Assembly: GCF_006345805.1 (NCBI RefSeq) | Contig: NC_042999.1 | Location: 17,980,001-18,044,000, forward strand | DNA: 64,000 bases | Reading direction: 5' to 3' | From: Octopus sinensis | Taxonomy: Eukaryota | Shown here: piece by piece, positions 1-13,412 of the stretch | Layout: every line of letters starts with the position of its first letter | Position numbering within the stretch: the stretch's first letter is position 1 | Translations under genes and position numbers: made by a program | Notes under the pieces: generated by a model | The model's input: only the letters and a program-made list of their open reading frames with translations | Databases searched by the model: none | Told to the model about the DNA's origin: nothing

Positions 1-277
1 GCGAATGGTGACTCGTGTGACACGTGTGACTCGTGCCCACATATATATTTATGTCCATTTCCGACTGTGCAGTCTGTCTCGAAGCAAGACACCTTATATT
101 TTACGTTTCTCCAGTCTTGATACGTAGGAAAGGGGGATGTACTTCTATTTTAGTGGGCTAGGCCAGCTCTGTCGCATTCGGTGTGTGGCGCCGCCGAATT
201 TCCCCGAGAAGAACATTAAGCGTACGGGTTTGTTTGAAATACTAGGCCAGTTACACGTTAATATCAGAAGGTTGTAC

Positions 278-502
278 CTATTTCTTTACTACCCACAAGG
301 GGTTAAACACAAAGGAGACAAACAAGGACAGACAGACGGATTAAGTCGATTATATCGGCCCCAGTGCGTAACTAGTACGTAATTTATCGACCCCGAGAGG
401 ATGAAAGGCAAAGTCGACCTCGGCGGAATTTGAACATAACGGCAGACGAAATACGGCTACGCATTTCGCCCGGCGTCCTAACGTTTCTGCCAGCTCGCCG
501 CC
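278..502 (-). mobile_element. tRNA-derived SINE, family B (head ggcggcgagctggcagaaacgttagc; tail cccttgtgggtagtaaagaaata)
   Basis: Same sequence recurs more than 10 times in the window. Flanked by an ~18 bp near-identical TSD atat(c/g)agaaggttgtacc (261-278, 506-523). Confidence 0.85.
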
Positions 503-3500
503 TTGATATGAGAAGGTTGTACCGTTGATCGAATCAACTGAAAATTCATTGTCATATCAGAATATGAGTTTCGGTCCTACATACACACGCACGCGCTTGG
601 AAATGTGCGCCCTAATTTGTAGGTTTACTTTTATGCGGGGAGCCAGATTGACCGTTTCCATAATGGACACCATGTATTCACTATTTGGCAAGTCGCTTGG
701 AACAATGTATCGTAACTTAGATCTAGCAAACTTTTGGCCCTATTGCATATTTACTTCCCGTATGACAAATACGATCTTCAACTCCAACTATCAGTTGATT
801 ATAATGTTCGAAAAACATTATTTTCACTAACTTACAGCTAGGGTTGATTGCTTTGGGGACTAGTTTGTCAATCCTTTGACTGTTAAAGTGTACTTACTGA
901 TCTCATACTTCCAATGGAAACCTACCACTATTTGCGTCAAATTTTGTCCTCTATGGTGCCGTATGATTAAGTATGTCAGACTCGTCAGAGGCACTTTTCA
1001 ATTTGCAGTTTGATCGGCTGAAATTTTCCGACTATTTGTTGCTAAAGTTTTCTATACTAGAATTATGATGTCGGATGCTTGCCTCATTGATACTGTGACA
1101 TTGAACTTAACAGTTCATTTAGATATCGTAAGAAGTTCTTAATCCTTCCCATGGTAAAATGTTTTTCTTATCTTAGGAATTATTGGTGACCTCGTTATTA
1201 TATTTGTAAGTTTAACACTAATGGTGGGTAGCAGATGTGCAATTAGGATGAAAAGATGGTTTAATGTTTTCGTTTTCTTTCTCTCTTCACGAATTTAATT
1301 TTTGTTGTGGCTGTTCATTTCCTTTGTGTTATTATTTTTATTGTCATTTTATTGCTTTAATTTGCCTTGTCGATGTTACTGCTATTGCTATTGTGATCAC
1401 TCCCTGCTTTTCTAGAATGTTGTTGACAATCTCGTTCCCCGATGTCACCGAAAAATTGTTGGGTGACGCAGAAAACAACTGCCATCTCCCGGGTCTGGCT
1501 GTAATATTTATTAGAGCCCCGCCTTCCGGAGAAAATGATTATCTAGGGAGTTAACAAGCAAGGCGTCGTAGGGACATGGAGGGTAAATATATGCAATGCA
1601 AAAAGGGCGCGGTAGGTAGATGTTTACTCTGACCACTGTAAATATTGTGCTTGTGATTGAAGCGATCGACTAATTGGGATGTTCAATCAGACTTCATTTA
1701 GTATAAGCTGAAAAATGCTTTACTCTGATATGCATTGATTAGATGTTCACAGAAAACAGATCCCGTGTCATCTGTCTATAAGATGTAACGCTAAAGATGA
1801 ATATTTTAATTCACAGATCCAGTGGAGATCACCTATGTCTGTCTGTCCCTGACTAAACTGCCATTGACAACCACTAACATTTTCACTATAACTTTTGACA
1901 GCTTTTGTAACTCTGCGTTACCCAGTGTTATGGTCTGAAGTTATCTATTTTATCTCCTTTGTACGTTTAGAGCAGAATAATGCAGACGGAAAAGGGAAAC
2001 TAAATTTAGTTATATGCTACTATGGAGCTGTCATAAAAATCTCCACGTCATACTAGCGATCAATGCTTCAATAGAAATCTGGCCAGATTTAACTTGTTCA
2101 GAACAAACGATAGCCGCTCAGAAAGGAATAAATATTCAACTGTGTAAGCAATAAAAACACATACATTAACAGAAGAGACTACAAACAGTGTCAGAAATAT
2201 TTAGGCAAGCTATAAATAGGGTAAATAATGAGGGTTCTGTTAATAGCATTAAGGGTAATATTAATAATAATGTTTATATTAAAGCTACCGATGAGCATAG
2301 CAATGACAACGTGAATAGTCCATATATTATTAGTAATGAGCAAATAGACGTTTTGTAATATATTTCTATGCTATCAGAATATATGGCGTATGCTACAATC
2401 ACAATTTGGTTACATTCAACATGAGGATATAGGACGTTGAAACATGAATATACATGAATGAAGATAAAGAGCTTACTAGCATAGATGATAAAGCAATCAC
2501 AATACAAAGCGATCCGATATTTATAAAATCCTCACTTGAATAACAAAAAAGATTCAGGGACGCTATAAGCAACTAACAAAAGGTAATACGTCATCCTTAA
2601 ATATCATGTTTCCAATGATATAATTGAGTTCTCCAATTTCTTGTATGTTTCCGATTCAACAAAAATAGAAAATGCGGCGTTCCAGAAATAGCCTTTGGCT
2701 GCAAAAAAAAAGTAAGTGTCCAATAGAATACAATATTGAAAGGGTAAATTAAAGCTTTAGAAAATAATATTATTCTGGATCAAATCATCTATTGCAGTAT
2801 TCATGGCTGAAGAAAGAATTATGAGATTTTATACCGTGTGTATGACATACGCACATATATCACCAGAAATGTATATAGACGTCTACACACATTCGGATCT
2901 ATAAAATGTAAGAAGAGCCGTCTGAAATAATAAAGTAACCCGGCCTTCTCAAAACTAAGACGAAGCATAACCTCGTTCATAAAGTACATAACATAACTGT
3001 TGGGCAGATAATTGCATGTATCCCCAGCTTTATATTGAATAAATTGTTACGTCTATTTGAAGGAGTGAAATTTGACCTAAAGGATTCTGCAGCTTGAAAG
3101 TCTCTGACGTTCCCATCAATCAGTTTTTCTGTTCGATATATTGGTTTAGCACATGCTGTCTAAAGCGGTCTTTTAAAGAATCCGGGGTATTTACTCACAT
3201 GACTAATTCTTTGTTCAACGATGATCTCCAAAGTGCTATTTATAGTTATATCTTCTTTGGTCGTTTCAATAATCGCTTCATCAAGTTTTCTGGATCGTGA
3301 TTGCAAACAGAGGACTGCACATTTTCAACAGAGTATTTAAACATGGAGATTTTAAAACTTCACATCAAACACACTAGAAGTTTATATGTCAAAATGTCCA
3401 CCCCGAAAGTAGATTAATTTTCTCTACCATACCTTTAGAGAATCCATTATTCTGGAATTCTGATAATGTCGTCACGTTGTAGAGAAAGAAATAAGAAGTA

Positions 3501-5405
3501 TAAAGTATATAACGTAAACAACAATATGAAGATTAGTGGACGTTGAACAGAAACGAAAGAAACTGTAAGCAGAAAATTTTGAGTTTGGATGAAGGCCTCT
3601 AGAGCTGTTAGCGTTAATTTTACGATGTTACTTATTTCTCTGAGGATTAAGTTTTAATAATGAACAAATATTATGAATATTATTCTCATGTATGACTTCT
3701 GTTCTAAAGTCGAAACATTTTAATAATATATTCAAAAGTATGTGTGTATGCAAATCTATATGTGGATATGTACGTATGTGCGTATGTATGTATTTGTACA
3801 CACACATATGCCTGTCGGTATAGTTTTCAATCACTAGGACGAGATATGTAACCAGACAGACACCTCGATCCTTCTAACCAAACATATATCCCGGAGATAT
3901 TAATGGGGAGTCGAATCCAAATACCTTTGGGATAGAAGCAGTTTTATTGAAATGTTATAAAAATGATAGAAAAGAGGACATATAGGGAATTTCCTTACGG
4001 GCGTTTAGCACATGATCGACACGAATATAATGCAAGTTATAATTCTACCGGCGCTCTTAATTCTTGCATCAAAATAAGCGAAAATATAGCGATATGTATA
4101 AAAGAAATATTGCTTGTAGAATGAAACGGTAAAAAAAAATCACGTACACGGAATCTACAGTATATTGGCCAAATGAATATTTACAAAATCCTTAAAACTG
4201 ATTATAGAAGGAACAATGTTACACAACAGTCATAAATACACATGAAACCCAGACAACATTTTGCAGAATCACTCTATATAAATCTTAATTTATTGAATCA
4301 CAATAAAATTAGACCCAATGGATATTAATGGCATTTAGTTACAAGAAGCATACTATCGAATACCTAGAATAGAATTAATAGTGATGAACAAATTACAAAT
4401 ACAAAAAGAATTAAAATGCTGACTGTGGAATCATGTACAAAATTGTGCAAGTTTTATTTAGAAAAGAACATGCGCAGACGAAAAGAAAAATATGTCTATG
4501 ACGCCCATAAAAACAAATATTTGTCGCGTTAAAACACCTGCATTCGTACATTTTTAAACCATAACTAAACCTGTTACAGATGCAACATAAAAAGAAAATT
4601 TGTAGTCTACTTTTTAAAAGAAATTGTAACAAATTGTCAAAGGTGTTGGAAAAGGATCTGACTTTAAAAATATAACCAAGTAAATGGAAAGTATGATAAA
4701 ATTAAAGGACGATTGGTTTTTTTTTAAACAAATCAAAAGCAGTGTAAATTTTGTTCACTATTTCTTATGTCGTTCACTCGTGTGAGAGTTATCAACTGGG
4801 GATAAGTAAATTATATCAAGTACTGTAATACTTTTCTGTGGTGAAAATTGTAACACTGGTGATCAAAAACATGTATAAGGTAAACAGAATTTCTGGAAAT
4901 GGCATCATATGGTATATATATACATTTAGAAGCATCAAAATAGTAATGTCTAACATCGAATCGAAGTAAACGACACTTTTTTTTGCATATGTAAGGAAAC
5001 ATTGCTTTACAAGCCGAGATCTAAATGCCTTGCACATAAAAGTAAAGACAACCCTCCAACGCCACTGATAACCGCAATAGTGGTGTATCACTAAGGAATA
5101 AAGCGTCCATACTGTCAAACAACAAACCACAAGGAGGAAATGGCTATTCTGACGAAGGTATTCTGACGAGGTTACTATAAAGATGATGAAGATGCAAAAT
5201 AACTATCAAAGGTGTTGCGCTAAAGATTGGCGAAAATATTTCTATGGCTCGATCGAACAAAATTCTGGAGACATGTTGATATTCATCAATGATCGATGGT
5301 CTCTAATCTGAAGTAGTAGCAGAATGTCAGACTGTATGTAATTACAAAACTGCAATCATAAAATCAGATACAAACATCAAGTAAATGCTATATAATAACA
5401 AATAA

Positions 5406-5571
5406 GGGCGGCGAGCTGGCAGAAACGCCGAGGTCGACTTTGCCTTTCATCCTTTCGGGGTCGATAAATTAAGTACCAGTTACGCACTGGAGTCGATGTA
5501 ATCGACTTAATACCTATGCCTGTCCTAGTTTGCCCCCTCTGTGTTTAGCCCCTTGTGGGTAATAAAGAAAT
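5406..5571 (+). mobile_element. SINE family B, internally deleted
   Basis: Head ggcggcgagctggcagaaacg joins directly to ccgaggtcgactttgcc; ends in aataaagaaata. Confidence 0.8.
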
Positions 5572-7298
5572 ACCTATATAATAACAAATATAGGCAAACC
5601 AATCTACACATTTCCGACTGAACAGTCCTTGACGAGCTGAGTTGTTTTATTTTTACGCTTGAAACCGACATACAAGAAATATCCTCTCTCTCATACACAT
5701 CATACAATGTCATTACAAACATTAACACGTATAACATCGAAATTGCGAAGCTACAAGATAACGCATGATCAATTCAAAGCTATGGGGATAAATCAGGATT
5801 GCATGTGACAGTAATCTGAACGGTAGAATGTTAAAACGGCAATAACCCTGTTACTAAGAGCGGTATACGATATAACCACAACATGTAGTACAAGATACAG
5901 TGTACACATACACTATGCAAGGTAAGTGACCATAGTCACTAATCTCCAGTCCAAATGATTGTTTAATATAATGCTTGACATAATTTACAAAACCTAGAAA
6001 AATATTTGTACTGTACAGGAAACACTGATTCCTTGTATAAAAGAAATTGATCAGAATAAGCTACATGCAGAAAATGTCAAGAGGAAAATGAAATTCTTAG
6101 ACTGTGGCAAATAAGTACAAAATGTAATTGAGGACAGCGTGTGTAATGTTGCTGACCTGCAACTTTAGGAACCATTGCAGCCTTTGTACTAAATTTCTAT
6201 TGCGTAGTACAATTGGAACTGTAAATACAACCTATTGAATCACGACTCAGATTCCTCTTGCTAAGGAAGCGAAATACTGCAAATCATGCACTACTGAAAT
6301 ATAACAATACGGGCACTTCGTCGGGTACAACGACCAGGGTACAAGTTGATGCGATTGACGGAATAAATTGCTCTGGAAATTAATGTGCAAGTAGCTGAGT
6401 ACATCGTTGACACATGTAATTTTGAGGTAGATCTCAGAGACATCATACGCGACACAGAATGCGACAGTGCTGGTCTTTGAATTACAAGTACAAGTCATTT
6501 TGACCAGCCGAGTGGACTGCTGCAATATGAAATAAAGTATCTTTCTCGATTATAGAACGCATCGCAATTAAGTGAAAGTAAGTTTTAACAGTAAGACATC
6601 ACATTTACTTTTGAAATAAATTTTTGGTAATACAACAACACAATTCTCAATTCACACAATTAGAAATCAATAATACAAAAATCCTGAAGAAAATTACAAT
6701 AATTCTGGAATCAGCAAAATATAATCTCCCCGCAAATACTATATTTTACACAAATGTCAATCTGTATCTTCAAAACACAATACAACTAGTATCTCGTTAA
6801 TTAGGAGTTGCCCCTAGTGATGTAAGATAATGATGTACAAAAAATGAGGAAAACACGGTAATGATTATAGTAATAATTTGTATGACTATCACAGAATAGC
6901 AAAAGTTTATAGTTCCTGGCAAACCAAGAACCTTCTGAAAAATGACTATGGAATATTAAAGATACTATTCAAATATTTTTTAAAACATATATTGCCAGAA
7001 TCTAGAGTGTCATAGTAAAAGTTACGATTAAGAAACACCAAAAAACAAATAGCAAACGCAAAAGACCTCAAGATTACTATCGTAATGCGAACTTAAATAA
7101 TGTTTGTAACCTAGCGCGCAATCCGATTTCTAAGGAAATGGGCCTTAAAAAATCATTAAGTTTATACCCAATTTTCTCTGTAAATTTGTTTAGGTTTGGA
7201 AGGACACGGTCTATATGCAAACAATGGTTTAAATAGATTACCAATTAACATATAGTGCAATCTCGAGCTTAATCTACCAGTAAATCCTATGTAATGAA

Positions 7299-7716
7299 AA
7301 GGCGGCGAGCGGGCAGAAACGTTAGCACGCCGGGCGAAACGCTTAGCGGTATTTCGTCTGCCGTTACGTTGTGAGTTCAAATTCCACCGAGGTCGACTTT
7401 GCCTTTCATCCTTTCGGGGTCGATTAAATAAGTACCAGTTACGCACTGGGGTCGATATAATCGACTTAATCTGTTTGTCTGTCCTTGTTTGTCCTCTCTG
7501 TGTTTAGCCCCTTGTGGGTAGTAAAGAAATGAGTATTTCGTCTGCCGTTACGTTCAGAGTTCAAATTCCGCCGAGATCGAATTTGCCTTTCATTCTTTCA
7601 GGGTCGATTAAATAAGTAGCAGTTACGCACTGGGGTCGATATAATCGACTTAATCCGTTCGCCTATCCTTGTTAGTCCTTCTTGTGTTCAGCCCCTTGTG
7701 GGTGATAAAGAAATAG
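7299..7716 (+). mobile_element. SINE family B with duplicated 3' ~185 bp
   Basis: Full copy followed by a restart at gtatttcgtctgccgttacg. 19 bp TSD gtaaatccta(t/c)gtaatgaa at 7280-7298 and 7717-7735. Confidence 0.85.
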
Positions 7717-8639
7717 GTAAATCCTACGTAATGAAGCATTTACGCACGATAATAGCATAGCGTATTTAGTCAGACTAACGTTATTATGCAAATCTGCAGT
7801 TGTTAACTTGTCTAAATGAGCTTTTCCGAACGATAAGGACTTCAATTTTATATAATCACAATATCATTGCCTACTGAAAATAGCGTCTTGAAATTAAAGA
7901 ATGTACTTAATAGTGATTTCCTTATAATTTGGCAACTATCAGATAACTAGCGAATTTGCTTTTGTGCGACAAAATTAAGTATTGTAAAAACAATATACTG
8001 AAGTGTATCATGAGCGAAAATGGATTCGATATTCCATCATCAATTACTGAGCGAGGAAATCATTAGGGTATAATTGGCTATTTCCAGAGACGATTGACCC
8101 CTTGTTCAGAAATAATTAATAAGTAATAATCAGCATACAAATGAAATGTTAATGAAAAAGCAATATTATGCATCAGAAAATTGTGATATTACAACAAAAT
8201 TAATCTGCTGCTAGGAATATTAAATATTGCCAAACATGCTTTAAAAAGCTAATATCTGTATATTAGCGATTGATACACTCCTAGTCACACGCCCACATAC
8301 GCACAGAGACGCACACGCGCACATGTGTGAATGTGAGCACACACACAAACACAAGCACACACACACACAAACACACACACATATATGTGTGATAGGGTGA
8401 TTTCGTATGATGAATGACGTGTGTGCCTTTGTGCTTGCTATAATTTTGGTTCCTCTGAAATGTTTTACCATCCTAGATGGTACTAATTTTTTAACGATGG
8501 ATGAGCGTTAGACGTTTGCTGAATAACCTGCAAAAATGATTTTCTTTTAGTGATGAAATGTGTGTACTGTATATTAGCGCACACGCTCTGTGAAATTGAC
8601 GTCGTGTGAACAAGTTCACTGCGTAGCACGTGTTCGGGG

Positions 8640-8735
8640 TCAAAGTGATTGCAGACCAACAACCTATTCTAGGGATTGAAATCACAACCGGCAGATCGTG
8701 AGTGCAACACTCTAACAAGTAAGCCTTGCACCTTC
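8640..8735 (-). mobile_element. tRNA-like SINE head fragment
   Basis: Reverse complement reads gcaaggcttacttgttagagtgttgcactcacgatc...ggttgtgatttcaatccc, with A-box and B-box-like motifs. Confidence 0.5.
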
Positions 8736-8736
8736 A

Positions 8737-8773
<37 letters not shown>

Positions 8774-8905
8774 TGTGTGTGTGTATGGATGAAGGTAGAT
8801 TGGTTCAAATTCGTTGGTAACCTTGATTTTCAAGCGTAATGCTAGTCGTCACCTATTTTGAATTTGAATGACAAAAGTACAGGCCTTCTTTCATTCAGAT
8901 CCAAA

Positions 8906-8949
8906 GTGGTTGACGACTAGCATCACACTCGAAACTCAAGAGTAACAAC
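8906..8949 (+). ncRNA. Degenerate type-I hammerhead motif; inverted degenerate copy at 8807-8852
   Basis: gtggt-TGACGA-ctagcatcacactc-GAAA-CTCAAGAG-TA^acaac. C3 is missing and stem II is weak. The element runs into (TA)n at ~9035. Confidence 0.45.
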
Positions 8950-9045
8950 GAATTTAATTTAAACTGTTTTGATCTATACATATAACTCCAAATAAATTGG
9001 TTGAGTACTCTTTTGTTTGTCCACTCACTCGAGTATATATGTATG

Positions 9046-9093
<48 letters not shown>

Positions 9094-9095
9094 TA

Positions 9096-9295
9096 TATTA
9101 CGGAGATGTACTCGCATAGCAAGTAGTTGATCTGAAATCGTGTGCTGAAACGAAAACAATTGCAGCGTGGAAGGTGTTTATAAGCCATTTAAGAAACACA
9201 CAAAAGCCGTTCGATTCACTTCAACATTTAAGTTTAATTTGTCAAAATATTTTCCTCGCTAAAATCCGCGACCTGTTCACTGACAAAGTCCGTGC
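9096..9295 (-). mobile_element. ~200 bp (TA)n-anchored element carrying a G3-C8 hammerhead variant
   Basis: Homologous to 20540-20732 in the opposite orientation. 3' end gtacatctccgtaata abuts (TA)n. Confidence 0.7.
9238..9287 (-). ncRNA. Type-I hammerhead with GUGAACA (G3-C8) core
   Basis: Minus strand: tttgtca-GTGAACA-g-gtcgc-ggatttta-gcgag-GAAA-atat-TT^tgacaaa. 7 bp stem I and palindromic AATATT stem III; the closing pair of stem II is mismatched in this copy. Confidence 0.6.
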
Positions 9296-9310
9296 TGCAT
9301 CTCATCATGT

Positions 9311-9346
<36 letters not shown>

Positions 9347-9457
9347 GTACGTATGTATGTATATATATATATATATATGTATGCATATATATACGTATTT
9401 ATACACATGTATATATACATACACAGACACACAAACATATGTACATACATACATACA

Positions 9458-9493
<36 letters not shown>

Positions 9494-10478
9494 TATAGTT
9501 TGGTGCGCCACTGAAAGTTATAATGGTGGGATAATAGGGAATAAAGTTTGCAGGAATTAGCAGATGGCGAATGAATTAAAATGGATACAATTGTCATGTG
9601 CAGTTATATGATTTGTTGTGAGGGGAAATTAGTTTATGAAAAGTGGTATTTCTAATGTAGGAGTGGTGTGTGAACAAGCAGAGACATATATGCACAAATT
9701 AGTATATATATATAGATAGGGAGTGAGAGTGAGAGTTTATCAACTATTTGTATCAATTTGAATTCTAGGCTATGTATCTTGCATTTGTTATGACATCATT
9801 CTGTGTCATATTTCGAGGCATGTAGTTAAATATGATCTCTCAATGGACGTTCTTATTAAACTTCCTTAACTAAAGTATAACAAACGTCAAGTAGAATGAC
9901 ATTCGAAATGTTCGCTTTATAATCTATAAAGAATTCATTCGATGGTCGACATTCTCTGTCTCTCCTTCCGTCTCTCTCTCTTTCTCCACGTCTCTCTCTC
10001 TCTCTCTCTTCCTTGCTTTTTCTCTTTTGATCTAAATATATGTGCGTGCATACGTTCATGTATTGGGGCGTATGTATTTGTGGATTAGATTTGATATATT
10101 TACTAACGCTTTTAATGAATGTATTTGCAAGTTTATATAAATGATTTTAGAAGTGAAACATTGTAGCACATATAGTTTAATTTACAAACACACCTTATTC
10201 TAAAAAGTGAGTGTCTACTCACATATTTATACTTATACGCTCGTTTTAGTGCATATGAGGTGTCTGCGCAAAAGAAATAGTTTGAAAGACTAATTCGTGG
10301 AAAGCAATTATTATTCAACAAGCGCCTCGAGTGATCGAGAGAAATCAATATATCCATAAATAAACAGACACATATTAAGATGCATACACACACACACACA
10401 CGCATATATATAGATGTATATATATATATATATGTGTGTGTGAGTTTGTGTCTGTGTGGATGCATATATGTGTACATA

Positions 10479-10536
<58 letters not shown>

Positions 10537-11194
10537 ATATATATACATTTACGTATGTATGTATGCGGACGCATACGGAAACAAGCGCAGAACGACGTGT
10601 GTGTATGTGTGTGAGTATCGTGGTTTTGTAGTTTGTGTTTGTATAAAATTATTATCAATAGTTTCTTCAGAAAACCGGAGATGAAACGTGATTTAGGTAA
10701 TTAATTGCACAATGCGATTATTATTAGCCTGCAAGGGCATAGCCCAGTGTAATATAATACAATTAAAATACTGCTCTAAATCAATGAAGAATTTATAAAC
10801 AGTATCAATATTATTTTTATGAATCAAAATGTAATTGATCAATACATATCATCAAATTGATCCTAAGCGTAGCTAATCAATATACATACTTGCATGCATG
10901 CTTATACACATACATACATAAATACATACATATATGCATACATACATATGTAAAGGCTTCTTCTACACATGTGAATTGTAGAAAGAACATTAGCTTTCTC
11001 TTTTCTGTACATTTTTGTAATATTCTATTACTGTATTGTACAACTTGGTTGTGCTAATAATCTTCCACATACGTGGATATATGTGTTTACTTATATATTA
11101 AATATGTGTGTGTGCTTGTGTCTATGTGTATGTTTGCTTTAGCGCCTAACAAAAAGAAGAAGTGTAGATACATTATTGGTTTCTTTCTATGTTA

Positions 11195-11815
11195 TTAATC
11201 TTTACACCAGTATCCTACATGATTATGAAAAAAATGCAATAAATTTCTTGCTGGAAAAGTAGTCGGAAGAAGTTCCGGAACACATAAAGAAGATTATTGT
11301 TATCAAGACTTTCAGATGTATACTTCAGAACAATTATTTCCTATTTGATGACACCATCTATTGTCAAAAATACACAACTTCGATAGGAACGAAAACAGAA
11401 CCTGTTCTTGCGAACAAAATAATGGGATATTTTGAATTACCTGCATATGAGTTGTCACTTTAAAAATATGGACATCCATTCGATCAGTATATAGGAGAAA
11501 ACTGGAAAAGATATATGGACAACTTTATTATTTGGAATGCGACCATTAATAAATTTTTGGAATTTAAATCAATACTAAATGATATAAACGGTAACATTCA
11601 ATTTACAATAAAGTATAGCAATGAGCAGCTCCCTTTATAAGATATTATGATACCCGTGCCACCCGAAACAAAACAAAAGAAGCATCTCCTTTAATTTAGA
11701 AAAAAAGATTTTCACAATTGTGTCTGGTGTAGATACACGGGAACTTCGTCTTAAAGACCTCAGAACAAGACTAACTGGGAGACAATGTCCACTCTTACTG
11801 ATAGATGATAGAGGT
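11195..11815 (+). pseudogene. Penelope-like element reverse transcriptase fragment (stops and frameshifts)
   Basis: Manual translation: ILQNNYFLFDDTIYCQKYTTSIGTKTEPVLANKIMGYFE...WKRYMDNFIIWN...IQFTIKYSNEQLP...CHPKQNKRSISFNLEKKIFTIVS. These match the PLE RT motifs GTAMG..AP..ANL.MG, RYIDD and S.HP. Confidence 0.8.
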
Positions 11816-13160
11816 TTTTCGTATAACGTGGATAAATTTGGAAATGGAGCCAAACGCAGGTGTTATTCAAATCATTTATACTTCCAACATATGTTTCGAA
11901 AATAGCATTGAGATTATTCCAGAGGGAATGAAAATGACATAAAACAATACAATCATCTTGTCAGGGAAAAAGGGAAGGCAACACATCCATAAGCCATTAT
12001 AACCGAATGTGATTGCCGCGTATATGATATAAAGGGAACGCTAGCAAGTTATTTTAAAGAATAAACCGTTAATAGTTTTAATGTCAAAGGTTATTTAGAG
12101 AAAGAGAAGGAAAATAAGGAAACAAATATTAAGAGTTGAAAAGTATATTAAGAGCTGAAAACTATAGTGAGATAAATGAATGGGAATTTAGTATAAAAGC
12201 GTGGAAAGACATATATGTAGTGGAAATGAAATGTAAGGTCGAATCTTATAGAATCGTAGAAAATATTTACAGGAACTGAAGGTATGTTTTTGCCAATGTT
12301 TACAACGATAAACGCATTCTTTTAACGTATTTACAAGGATATTTTTCAAGAAAAGGATGAGAAATTGCTCTTCGATAAAGATCGGACAAAAAGATTTGCC
12401 TTTGTCATGTGGGAAGGATCTAGATATAATTTTCCTTTCGAAACCGAATTGTTTATTATGTTCCTTTAGAGACCTAATTAATTTACTAAACCCAGTATTG
12501 TTGCGTTTATTGACATGTCTAAATGTAGAGTAATGGTTAGATATTCTTTTCGACAACTGAGACGATGACTTACCTATATAAACAAAACATCAAACCCGGA
12601 AGTGATTTTACATTGATAAACAGAGTGTCTACTTTTACAAGTGCTGCTAAGGAAACGAATACGATTCGAAAATATGTTAGAAATATTAATATTGTTGTTA
12701 TTATTGTTCACAGAATGGTTAGCGTTATTAATATCACTGTTATTATATTCGTTAAGTATATTTGTATTTAACAACTTATGGTTATGCGAAGAAATGATTT
12801 CGGAAAGATTTTTTGCTTGAAAATCCTATCCTAATTCGGTGTGAATTGATAATAGAATAGTATCTGGAATCGTTTGGAAAATTGTTATCTATAGCTTCAG
12901 GAAACTGTTAAGAGAGTTTGGATTTGATCTTCTTATCAAACGGAATGATCAGCCAAACTGTTTTACTAGGACACATTTTGTTATTCGGGTAATTATCTTT
13001 AAAAGTCCTAGAATTATTTTTATTACGTATAAAAGGATAGAAAGAACGGTTATCACTCTTGCGATATATTTTAGATTAGTTGATGGTTTATAGTATGGGA
13101 AATATGAAAGATTATATAAGGTGTGGGTAATATTAAAAAGTTGGCTTTAGTTATATCATC
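11816..13160 (-). mobile_element. 3' part of a second PLE: RT C-terminus, linker, GIY-YIG endonuclease, 3' UTR/pLTR with hammerhead
   Basis: Minus-strand peptides: KIYRKSDNRSFYP; KTVWLIIPF...IDNNFPNDSRYYSIINSHRIRIGFSS; CKSRHSVYQCKITSG; KRISNHYSTFRHVNKRNNTGFSKLIRSLKEHNKQFGFERKII (ORF 12188-12556). Resemblance to Naiad/Chlamys-type PLEs is from memory. Confidence 0.7.
11881..11969 (-). ncRNA. Type-I hammerhead with long stem II, core mutated (G8A)
   Basis: tttcc-CTGACAA-g...c-GAAA-CATATG-TT^ggaag, with a perfect ACATATGT palindrome in stem III. Confidence 0.55.
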
Positions 13161-13164
13161 CTTT

Positions 13165-13325
13165 CATTCATGTGTTTTGTTCCTTTTTTCCCTGACGAGA
13201 TGATTGCATTGTTTTGTCATCAATTTTATTCCCTTTGGAATAATCTCAATGCGTTTTTCGAAACACGTTGGAAGTATAAATGATTTGAAGAACACCTGCG
13301 TTTGAGTACACTTCCTAATTTATGA
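13165..13325 (+). mobile_element. Inverted copy of the PLE pLTR 3' end, ending in (TA)n
   Basis: Reverse complement of ~11835-11990, sitting at the 5' truncation point of the minus-strand PLE. Confidence 0.75.
13187..13274 (+). ncRNA. Type-I hammerhead with intact core and extended stem II
   Basis: tttcc-CTGACGA-g-atgatt-gcattg...caatgc-gttttt-c-GAAA-CACG-TT^ggaag; 5 bp stem I. Confidence 0.6.
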
Positions 13326-13358
13326 ATTATACATATATATATATATATATATAATATA

Positions 13359-13407
<49 letters not shown>

Positions 13408-13412
13408 TAATA

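Noticed and set aside
950-1000. CTGACGA-GTCTG...CATAC on the minus strand as a hammerhead
   Set aside because: GAAA is replaced by GGCA and stem I does not register; too degenerate to call.
3195-3320. Minus-strand exon candidate LCLQSRSRKLDEAIIETTKEDITINSTLEIIVEQRISH|gtgagt
   Set aside because: Weak acceptor, no recognisable homology and no partner exons.
5145-5210. Tandem tattctgacga(a)gg as a hammerhead core
   Set aside because: No downstream GAAA or stem I partner.
13199-13259. Long stem II as a SECIS (Naiad-type selenoprotein PLE)
   Set aside because: No AA apical loop or GA/GA quartet is evident, and the linker stop I checked is TAA, not TGA.
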